A DNA stretch of 64,000 bases. It comes from Sphyrna mokarran (lineage: Eukaryota). Position 1 is the first letter of the stretch. Each line of letters begins with the position of its first letter. Where the stretch lies: contig JAGIQG010000009.1 in NCBI GenBank assembly GCA_024679065.1, forward strand, positions 90,148,001-90,212,000. Direction: 5' to 3'. The position numbers and the translations under genes were made by a program. Positions 34,001 through 46,000 of the stretch are shown piece after piece. The notes under the pieces were generated by a model. The model worked only from the letters and a program-made list of their open reading frames with translations, was not told the DNA's origin and ran no database searches.

Positions 34001-37000
34001 TGTTGAGACAAAATCTTCACTAATGAAGTTCTCAAGCTAACTGCCCAGATACTTGTCCCTTCCCTTCCACTGAAGGGCATCTCTGGCAGGAGACCTTGAG
34101 GCCAGGCTTTCAGGAGTCACCCCACTGACCCCTGTGTGGATCAGTTACACATCTGTCAAGACAACCTGACCAAGGATAGGCATCACCTACACCATCCACT
34201 AGCAGATAGTTACCTCAGTGAAATGTTAGGAGTCAGGATTCTGGGGAAACTCAGGTGAACACCATCCAGCTGCTAATGCTCATCAGATGGAAGCTGAGAC
34301 AGACATGAGATCTGCCAGAGCAAGGAGACAGAGCCCCAGCCAGATGCCAGGCCTCTGGGATCTGTTATCCTGAAGCTGCTGGAATAGAGGGATTGCCAAG
34401 AGGGGCTGTCAGCAACATTGTAGCAACTGCAAGATTTGAGGAGAGTTCCACAGCCTTCAGTAAAAGATGCCAGCAGAGTACATCCAAGGACAGTATCTGA
34501 AGTTGAAAGCATGGGCAAGAAAAAGTCACTGAGGATGTAGGAGCATGCTCAAGACATGATAATGACTACAGGTTTACCTAATCAGAGGGCATTTGAGTGA
34601 CTTGAGTTGGGCTGAGATTTAGAGACCATAATTGAAGGCTTGGATATCATGGGCAGATGTAGTTGGGCTTCCAAGGCTGGTAGAATCAGGTGATTGAGGC
34701 CTCTAGAGCTCATTCCAGCTGAGCCTCTGTCCTATGGAGGGTATCAGGAGCACTACAGGATGAAGGACTGGAGCCAATGCCAGGAGCTTCCTACCCAAGC
34801 CATCTCAGCTTTTCCATGTACCCATTTCCTACACTGGTGAATCATGGGCAGCAGCCTGATCAGGATGGTACAGCTACATCTGTGACACTGGCAAGTTACC
34901 TGTGGTCCAAGTGGTGTCCCCTCCTTAAGAAAAGCCCAAAGGCATCTAAGTCATGGGGTGCAGAAAACAGCTGACCACCTCTACCTCAGACACATCCTGG
35001 GAAGTCACCTAGATGTAGCAATAGGTGATGCTTGATTGAAAAGTTGTAGGGTCACCAAGAGGGAAGTAATTGCAGTTGGGAGTAAATCAAATATTCTTGC
35101 ACCCTATAGTTGTGACTCTGCTGTCTGTAATCCATCTCACTGGGTAGTCAGTTCAAGAATTCCTGCAAGACAGCCTTGCTGACTGCCAGAGTGTCCTTCA
35201 GCCCACCAAGTCTGCACTGACTATACCCACACCAGAGTCATGCAGTTCCCAGTGCATGCACTTGTGTCAGGTGGCTATTGTGGTATTTCAAGTGCTCATC
35301 CAAAAAATAGTATTAGGATACAAGGTCACTGGCCCCCAATGCTGATGCAAGATTCTGGACCAAGCTCTTCTGCCCCATTCTCTGCCAGCACCCCTAGCAT
35401 TGCAGGGCTTGTAATCCCAATACAGCCTGCAAAGGGTAGCATTCTCAGATTGAAACAGGTCTAGGTTCCACCACCCTCCAACAATGCCTAATTATTGGGC
35501 CCACATTGAGGCCTGGGGTACCACTGTGTACCTGAGCACTGGTGTGGAAATCAGAAGTAGGAGTCAGGCTTGTTTCACACTAGTGTAGCAACACTGCAAT
35601 GATTAGTGGGACACTACTTATTTAAGGGCCTTTGTCATCTGCCTGCTCCATTTTTGGTTTCCTTAGCCTCCACATTCTCCTGCCCTGACCCCTTCTCAAG
35701 GGATGTTTGTAGAAGTCTCCTTGCTGCTGTGCCAGGTTGTGGCATTCAGCAGACCATGATGCAGGAGACCCTGGGGACTGTACTGGAGGGTACTACCAGA
35801 GCAGCTTAGACAGCAGAATAGCAGCTTGTTATTGGAAGAATGACATTGAGGAAAGGGCCTTTGTCCTGGACTGCCTTCCAATCTCCACTACCAGACCATC
35901 TCAGATTTTGTAGCATGTGATGGTATAGCAACCACAATTTTCATAATGCATCCCTTGTAATGCATGATCTATTTGAGGTTGACTATGAAATAGAGGCTAT
36001 AAATTTGTTTCCTGGAAAGCTGTGCTAGAATAGTTTGGATGGTCAAGTATTCAGAATCTGTTCACTGAAGAGGCGAGTTGACCCATCAACTCAACTGACT
36101 GAAAGCCTGCCTAATTCCCATAACCCTGCAGATTTACCATGCTAATCCACTTAACATACATATTTTTGTACTATGGGAGGAAACTGGAGCAAACCCCACA
36201 CGGTGAGAACTCTACACATTCATCCAAAGCCAGAACCAGAATCAAACCTGGGTCCCAGGCATTGAGGTAAAAGTGCAAATCACTAACCCTAACCCAGTGG
36301 TACCCCAGGCCTCAGTGGGCCCAAAAAGCTCATCTCTGCTTCACATTCCTCATATACCATTGGAGGAAGGAGCCCAAATAACCATCAGTTCCAGAATTGA
36401 GACTGTGCACTGGTGCTGTTCATATTCCTCATGTGGCCCTAATGGGACTGGTGTCTCCTGAAACAGTGACAGGAGCCAGTGCCTCAAGGCACAGGACTAT
36501 ACTGAAGATGGAGTGAGACTATTTGGGTAAGAGTTTACTGAGCATTCCTCCCACACAGCTGTACCTGCCTCTGCTTACAGAGAAATGCCAGTTATTCCTG
36601 GAAAGAAACTCAGGCTTCAGGTATTCTTCACCGTGTTGTATTTTTAACCTCACTGACTAGAGGAAAACCCTCAGCAGGAGGGGGGAGTAGAATTGCTGCC
36701 ATTCTGTGTCCAGATGTGTTAAGGGGGGGGAGTGTGTTTGGGAGGAGGGTGGGTGATTTTGCCCAGAGCGGGATTCAGGAAGCTCAGCCCCTCAGAGACA
36801 GGGAGCTCCCAGAGAGAGAGTCCCGGGGACTCAGCAGCTCCGGGCACAGGACGATCCCAGTACAGGCCGCTGGTGACATTTAATCCCCCCCCCCCCGGGG
36901 CTCTCACCTCTCCGGGACAGAACACTTTCGTCGATGGGAACGTTGGTTTCACACACGGTGATGCCCTCCTGGTACCGCGCTTCCGCCCGATCATTCCATG

Positions 37001-40000
37001 TCTTCACATTCCCCTCCATCCCGCTCTTCACCGCGATGTACTTCCTCTGGTTAAAGTCGAAATACGCGACCAGCTCTTGATCATAGACATACTCCTCAAT
37101 ATAGGTCCAGCTCCTGGTGTCGTTAAAATCACATCCGTGAATGTAGTAAAAGGAGTGAGCCCCTGTGAGAGAGAGACTGAGTTACTGTCTGACAGAGAGA
37201 GAGAGCCCAGAGACCCGGGAAAGGGGATCTTCCCCACCCACCCAGTCCCATCACAACATGGGGAAGGGGTGCAGCTCTCAGACCCCCCCAAACTCCGGGA
37301 AAACCCCACATTGTCTCAATAATCTCCAGGAAATCACACCCTGACCCTGTGTAGGGACAAAAATCTGGGCACGCGGTTAAAATCCAACAGGTTTAACTTG
37401 TGTTGATGTCTTATTGTATCCACCCCAATCCAACACCGACACCTCCGCCTTGTGTAGAGAGGGTCAGGATAGCTGTGGGGTTACCCCTTACCCCAGAGAT
37501 TCAACACACTGGAAGTTAATCCCATTCCTGGGGATAATAACCCATGGGAATTAAGGTGACAGACACTAAGTCATCCATGATAGATGTAGCTGTAATCTCC
37601 CAAAGAGAGGGAGATTGAAACTGATCGGAGGACAGTCCCAGTGAGTGCAGAACATTACAGGATGGTGGTCAGTGAAAAAGATAAAATCTCCATAATCCCA
37701 CAAACATTTACTCTCCCTTAAGATGCAGAGAAGTCAGGAGGAGGAACAGAACAGGACTTCAGTTCTGGCCAGATTTAAACAAGGTGAGCACTAGTTCAGC
37801 ACTCAACATGTGCAGAGAGGAAGGGAGATCATATTTCTGGCTTGGGTTACTGGAGTCTGCACATTGTGGGAGGAAATTTGGGCAGTCTGAAGCATTCATT
37901 AGGTATATTAGTGTACTTGAACAAGCAGCAGAGTATAATAATCAGGGGGAATTGCCAGTTAAGCCGACATGATAATAAAAATAAGTCAAGGGAGCAGGAA
38001 ATGGATCTCATTGATGAAATGAGTTCAGAGCAGGAGAAGAAATGGGTGGGAATAAAGACCAAAGAATTAGTGAGGAGCAGGAAAAACCAATGCTCAACAT
38101 GGAGTTCGTCTGAAATACAGCAAGGAAAAACTAACGGAGACAGTATCTAATGAAACTATCTGCTGCTCAGCCATAGCACAGGTCCCCAAAAGCAGTTAGA
38201 GGTCAAACCAATTCTACTGTAGAGTTTTTACAATATATTAAAGTCTGAAAGATGACAAATCAAAGTGTAGTGATAGTCACTTTCTCCAAAGATAAAGATG
38301 CATTGAGATGTTTCATACTGTGAAACATCTCTATCTTTGGAGAAAGTGGTGGTCAGTGAAAAAGTTTCTTTCACATACCACCATCCTGTAATGTTCTTCA
38401 AATGACCAAACTACCAGGTACCTCAAGATTCTTCAACATTAATATATTAGGATGAAGCAGTCTGAGGTTTAGCTGGTTGCCAGCCCCTAGTGGCCTTTTA
38501 CCATTGCACCTTGGCAGCAGCTACCCCAAACATTTAGTGCTTCCTTCAGCATGTAATTCTGGGCTTTGTAACATGTCATCTTGCAAGATTCAGTTTCAGA
38601 CAGACCAAAGAGCATCTTTTTACTGATTTGATGACCCTCCAGTAGCAGATATAATAAAGTCTGTCCCTTGGACTTGGGACAGAATAGACAAGTTGAGTAA
38701 TCACCAGTAACCATTGCCATAAACTGTTCCTTGGGGTGCAATATTCTAGTGTTGCTAATCATTGTAGAATATGGGCAAGTAAGCAATCGGAGTATAACTG
38801 AAAAAACAAAAGATTATGACCCTGCATTGCAAACCTGTGGGCAGATCCTCCTTTTCATTCTGTCATCCTGGCCTCACCTTTCCATGCCTTATCACTGCTT
38901 TAAGGCCATTATGTTTCCAGTTTTGAAATAATGGAAATTAACCATAATATTCACTCCATGGCATTGATAGATCTGGAAGCATTTCCACCATCTGTAGCTG
39001 TACATCTAATGTTCTATTTGTAAAAGAGTGCTCAGTGCAGTGATCAATTTTTATGCCTTTCATAACAGCTGCATGAATATATAAATTTGCAGCTCAGCTC
39101 ACTGGCTGGAAGTGAATGTAAACCTTTCCACATTCTGTACCTGGAGAGATGGAACCATAGAAACAGACTATTCAGCCCAATGGACTACATAAATGCACAA
39201 AGGCAAGCCATTCATTCAAATCCCATCTTGCAAATCCCTGCACTTCAGATGCAGATCCAGGTGCTTTTCAAATGAGTTTAGTCTATCTATAGTCTATCTA
39301 TAATCTATCATGTGTATTACTATACATGTAAAGTAATGTTTGTGTACTTTACAGAAAACAGTGCAGAGAAAGACCACCTTAATGCAAGATAGAACTGTTC
39401 AAAAGTCTGATGGAAACAGGGAAACTGAGTCAGTTGGTATGTGTCCTCAGACTTGAATCTTTGATTGACAGTGGCATATATGTTTGGGGTGCCTGGGGTT
39501 TGATTATGCTGGTTACTTTACTAAGGCAGCAGGAAGCATAGACAGTCACTGGGAGGCTGGTTTGCATGATGGACTGGCTTCATTCACAACCCTTAGTTTA
39601 TTGAAGTCTTGGACAAACCAGGAGCCATACCAAGCTTATGATGCAACCAGAAAGAATGCTTGCTATTGAGCATCTGTAAAGTTGGAGTCATGCCAAATGA
39701 CCTTAATCTCCAGAGAAAGTAAAAGTGTCAGTGGGTTTTAACTATAGTGCCAGTATGGAGAGAACAGGATAGATTGTTGATTTGGACATCTGAAAACTTA
39801 AATCTCAAACACTTCTACTTCATCCCCATTGATGGAAACAGGGGCATACCTTCTATCATACTGAGGCTGATTAATGTCTCCAATGTAACAAAATTTGTCT
39901 TTGCACCAGTTTCTGTACTGTCATATCATTGTTAGAGATCCAACCTACTAGGATGGTGGCATCAACAAACTTGATTAGACTTGGAGAATTTGGCCAGTCA

Positions 40001-43000
40001 GAAGTTTAAGGAAACTAGTAAGGGGCCAAGGACACAGCCTTGTTGGGCATCAGTGTTGATTGTGGAGGTGGTGTCCATTACTGTGGGTGAAGAAGTCCAT
40101 GATCCAGTTGCAGAGGGAGGAGCCAAGGCCCAGGCTACAAAGGCAATTGAGCACTTCAGCAATAACCAGCAGCTTCAGTGAATTTTAGATATCAAGTTTA
40201 AAAAATCCTCATGATCTCTACCAATCACCCCAATCTAATTGACTCCTAAACTGGGGGAGGTGCTGGGGAAAACAAGTCTCTTGTCTAGGCTCTTTAGCCA
40301 CTTCTGTTCTAAAAGGAACCCCAGCCTATAATTTCCTCGTAGGTGCAATTTAACCCCGGTGGCATTCTAGTAAGTATCCTCTGCACTCAATGACCTTCCT
40401 ATAACAGTGATCAGAACTGAATACCAAAACCCCACCTGTGCCCTAACCAGCATTGCATACCAGGTTTATTAAAAATACATGCCATATAATTTCCTCCAAG
40501 GACATATGAACACTAATTCCAGGCTTTCATTTCCTCAACCTCTATCTCCCTTTTCTGTTGGCTTGAAACAAATGCATTACTTCACTTTTCCAGAAAGAAT
40601 GCCACCTGCCTCTTGTCTACTCAAACCATTGATAAAATTCAGTTGTGCTTTAGTTATGCAAAGATGGTTAAGTTCAGATTCTCAGAATAGCATTCCTACA
40701 CTATAGAAGGAAGCCATTCAGCCCATCAGGTCTGCACCAATCAATCCCACCTCAAAGTAGAGAAGTCTTCCTTAAAGAGAAGGAGGCTTCAAGATGAGCA
40801 ACTTTTCCCTTTAGTAGAGAAGTCAATAACCAGGAGGCATAGATTTAAGTTAATAGTATTTCATGGAATCCCTACAGTGCAATTGCAGGGTATTTGGCCC
40901 TGCAATTTTGAATCAACTTTAAAATTTTTTGTTTTTAAAGCAACACAGCACAGGAAACAGGCCCTTCGGCCCAACGAGCCCACGCCGCCATCATAACTAT
41001 ATAGTAGCAATTCCATTATCCTATTATAGATTTAGGTTATTCCTAATATGGAAGACTCCCACTATAGGGACAATTTGTTTCCCAATCAGCCTAAGAGCGA
41101 ATTTTTGGGTTGTGGGAGGAAACCGGAGCACCTGGAGAAAACCCACACAACCACAGGGAGAACGCGCAAACTCCCGCAGAGTTTGGGAGACTCTGCAAAG
41201 TCACCAGCCCAATTCCAAGCGTCTGCACAGCCACATCGACAGTCTGAGCTGTCATGGTGCCCTTCAGATGGTCCACATAAAGCACTCATTTACGACATGA
41301 AGTACCAGGCAACCCATGAATCAACATCCAAGAGCTGTACTCGCACCACCTGCCGAATGCATGCTCAATGTTGGTCAAGTATGGACCGAATTACCTGTGG
41401 GGAAAAAAGCCGTAGTTAAACAGTCCTAATATATCCCTCTATCTGCATACCGCTCATGTGGCTGTCCAAGAGACCCTTAAACAGCCCCAGCGTGCCTGCT
41501 CCCACCACCTTACTCGGCAGTGCATTCCACACCCCCACTACCCTTTGTGTGAAAAACTGCCCTCTAATATTCATCTTATACATAGCCCCCCTCACCCTAA
41601 GGCCATGACCCCTCGTCCTATCCATTTCTGAAGGTGGAAACAGTTTACCTCCATTTACTCTATCTATACCCCTTATAATCTTATACACCTCTATGAGATC
41701 CCCTCTAAGCCGACGTCTTTCAAGGGAAAACAACCCCAGTCTATCTAATCGTTCCTCATAAGACAGTCCTTCCATACCAGGCAGCATCCTGGTAAACCGC
41801 CTCTGCACTCTCTCCAAGGACTCCACATCCTTCCGATAGTACAGCGACCAGAACTGGACGCAGTATTCCAAGTGAGGCCTAACCAACGTTCTATACAACT
41901 GCAACATCAAACTCCTACTCTTGTATTCTATACCCTTTTCTATGAAAGCTAACATACTATACGCCTTCTTTATCACCCTCCCACCTGTGAGGACACCTTC
42001 AGAGACTTGTGAACCTGCACCCCCAAGTCTCTCTGCGTCTCTATGCTCCGTATAATTTTACCTTTTATCCTATAACTCTCTTCTACATTTTTCCGGCCAA
42101 AATGCATCACCTCGCATTTATCCGGATTAAATTCCATTTGCCATCTATCTGCCCAGTCTACCAACCTATCTATGTCCTGTTGTATTGCCTGACACTGCTC
42201 CTCTGTACCCGCCAATCCAAGCATCTTGGTGTCATCAGCAAATTTGCTGATCTCACCACCTACCCCAACTTCCAAGTCGTTTATGTAGACCACAAATAGA
42301 AGAGGACCTAGTACTGAGCCTTGTGGCACTCCACTAGTGACAGGCTTCCAGCCGGAAAAAGAGCCTTCCACTACTACCCTCTGTCTCCTCCTCCTGAGCC
42401 AGTTCTCGACCCATCTACATACCTGACCCTGTATCCCATGCGCCTTCACCTTCTCTATCAGTCTACCATGAGGAACCTTGTCAAATCGCCTTACTGAAAT
42501 CCATGTAGACAACATCAACAGCATGTCCTTCATCAACTGTTTTTGTCACTTCTTCAAAAAATTCCACTAGATTTGTAAGACAAATCCCCTTGACAAAGCC
42601 ATGCTGCATATCCCTGATCAGATCGCAGCGCTCCAGATGCTCATACATCCTGTCCCTCAGGATCCTCTCCATTAGCTTACCTATAACTGAAGTCAAGCTC
42701 ACCGGCCTATAGTTCCCTGGGTGATCCCTCTGACCTTTTTTAAACAACGGTACTACGTTTGCTATCCTCCAGTCCTCTGGGACCTCACCTGTGTCCAAGG
42801 AAGAGACAAAGATTTGTGTCAGAGGCCCAGCCAAGTCTTCCCTCAACTCCCTTAGCAGCCTGGGGTAAATGCCATCAGGCCCCGGAGCTTTATATGTCTT
42901 TAAGCTGCCTAACAGCCCCAACACCTCTTTCCTCGTAATCCTTATTTCCCTCAACCGATCCTCAACTTTGTCAACATCAGCAACAGACATCTGTCCAGTC

Positions 43001-46000
43001 TCCTGCGTGAATACCGACGCAAAGTATTCATTCAGGATCTCCCCCATTCCCTCAGGCTCTAAGCATAGATCCCCTCCTCTGTCCCTGAGAGGTCCAATCT
43101 TGCCTCTAACCATCCTTTTGCTCCTTACATAGGTGTAAAATGCCTTTGGATTTTCCTTAATCCTACCTGCCAGAGCCACCTCGTGGCCCCTTTTTGCCTT
43201 TCTAATACCCCTTTTAAGATCCCGTCTACACTCTCTATAAGCTTCCAGCGCTGTCTCAGTCCCCAGTTGCCTAGATCTAATGTAAGCCTCTCGCTTCTTC
43301 CTGAACAAGTCCTCAATATCCCTGGTAAGCCACAGTTCTCTAATCCTACCTTTCCCATCCTTCCTCCTTGCCGGCACGTATCTTTCCTGCAGAGAGTTTA
43401 GTTTTCCCTTGAAAGACTCCCACACGTACCTCGTCGACCTGCCCTCAAAAGCTTATCCCAGTCAGTATCTTTAAGATCTTGCCTAATCTGGCTGTATCTA
43501 GCCCTCCCCCAGTTAAATACCTTCCCTTTTGGGCCGGTCTCGTCCTTTTCCATTAATATCCTAAAGCAGACAGAGTTGTGATCACTATTTGACACATGCT
43601 CTCCTACCTCGAGGACAACCACCTGGCCTGGCTCATTCCCCAGAACCAAATCCAGTATAGCCCCATCTCTAGTCAGGCCATCCACATACTGCTCCAAGGA
43701 CCCTTCCAAAACACACTGTACAAATTCCTCCCCGTCCACTCCTACAGCTCTGGGCCCTCTCCAATCTACTCCAGGAAAATTGAAATCTCCCACTACTACT
43801 ACCCTATTTTTCCTACACTTATCTAAAATGTCCCTGCATATCCCTTCTTCCACAGCTCGCGGGCTGTTGGGCGGTCTGTAGTAAACACCCAACAGAGTAA
43901 CCACTCCCTTCCTATTCCTCAACTCCACCCATAGAGACTCAATTCCTAAATCATCCATACCTCTCTCCCTCTGCACTGCTATGATGTTGTCCTTAACTAA
44001 TAAAGCCACTCCCCCGCCTCTCCTCACACCAACTCTGTCATGCCTAAAACACTTATATCCTGGAATATTCAATTGCCAGCCTTGCCCCTCCTTCAACCAC
44101 GTCTCGGTCACCGCCACCACTTCTAAACTCCTCGTGAACATTATTGCCTTCAGTTCATCTGTTTTGCCAGTCACACTCCTTGCATTAAACACATGCACAG
44201 AAGACCCTCAGGTCTCAGATATTCCTTTCTACCTTCTGGTGTTACCCTATCATCCTTCTCTCTCCCACTCCCAGTTCTCTCTCTCCCTATTAGTTTAAAC
44301 ACTTCTGAAACACTCCAGCTAACCTCCCAGCTAAAATGTGTTCCCCTCCCAGTCAACTGCTCCCTATCCCTCTTGAATAGGTGACCCTCCCTCCTGAAGA
44401 CCTCCCAATGATCAATGAATATGAAGCCTTCTGCCCTACACCAATCCCTCATCCATGCATTTAGTTGGAGTGTCTCATTTGTTTTTACCCAATCAGTCCC
44501 AGGCACAGGCAGCAGGCCAGAGAACACCACCCTGGAGGCCCTACCTTTCAGTTGAGCCCCCAACTCCCTAAACTGCCTACGTATGTCCCCCCTGTGCTTT
44601 GTTCCTGCATCTTTCTGTCCTACGTGAACTATTACATTTGCCTTAGACCCTTCTCCCTTCAAAATTCCCTCTACCCTCTGAAACATCCTGGAGTCTCTCT
44701 TTTGCCCACAGAATCGCCTATTGATCCCTTTAACCATCCCATCCCCCACCAATATCTCACTTCCTGCTGGTCTCTGTGGCATTCTGTTCCCACTCACTTG
44801 CCCTCTCCATCACAGCTTTTACCCCTCTGTGTTTTCTGGGAATCCTCCTTAGAGATGGCCTTTGTGCCTTGATTTTTATTCTTGTTCCTCGTAACTGTAA
44901 CCAGCCCGTCCCTACTACTAGATCCTGGGGTCCCCGCAGGACTACCTTCCCTATTCATTGTAACCTCATTTTCCCTCACTAGACATGTCCTCCAAGCACA
45001 GCTCCAGCTGTCTCAACTTTGCTCTTAAACGTTGCAGTTCTAAACGTTTTGCGCATATGTGGGCCCTCAGGAGACGTGATGCCTCCAAGAAAGTCCACAT
45101 ATGGCAGCGTACACAGTGGATGCGTTTGGCCAAGTTTCGTGGCATTTTGTACACCCCCTTTAAAGGTGTTGGGAAAAGTGTTGATTAGGTAGGAATCAAG
45201 TTACTCACCGCATCCAAGCCTGCGCTCACCCAAGCCCAGTGAGCTTAAGCCCTTATTGCTCTCACTCTAATTCCCGTCTCACTCCACTGCCTACCTTGGC
45301 CTTCCTTATATACTCCCGCGCTTCCTTCCCTGCAGCCCCCCGCGCCTATCTCCCGCTACAGAGCGCCGAAATCTTATCTAGGTCCACTCCATCCCTGTAA
45401 CTTTTACCTACATATGCAAGGGTGAATTTAAACAAGGAACAAAACAGCATGGGAAATAGGCTCCTCAGCCCAATGAGCCCACACTACCACCCCAATGTTC
45501 CCGTCTCTACCCATGATCCCTGTTTATGTTTGTAGATCTATGGATTAAAAAAAAAATCAAAATTTGAGACAATTTAGGGAGAATTTGTTTTGCCAATTAA
45601 CCCAGGAGCACATTTTTGTGATGTGGGAGGAAACTGGAGAAAACCCACACAAGTACAGGGAGAATGCACAAACTCCCACAGACACAGGCCCAAATCCATG
45701 TATCTGCACAGCAGAGCAATAGTCACTGAGCTGTCATGTTGCCCATCAAACAGTCCAGGTCAAGTGTACACTAATGATGAGAAGCACTAGGATACTCAAA
45801 ATCCAAGAGCAACCCTCTCAACCCATCACATGTATGCCCCTCGTTAAACAACAAGGTAGACCAAAAACCTGTAGGATTAAAAAGTACATCAATATCATCT
45901 ATTCACACACTTCCCAGGGACTCCCAAGGTTCATGATCCCTATTTTAAAATCAGTTTTCTATACTCCATCCCTATTCTGTTCATGTGCCCATCTAAGTAT

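Noticed and set aside
36732-37322. 196-aa plus-strand ORF
   Set aside because: Antisense shadow of GC-rich exon 2, with no recognisable domain.
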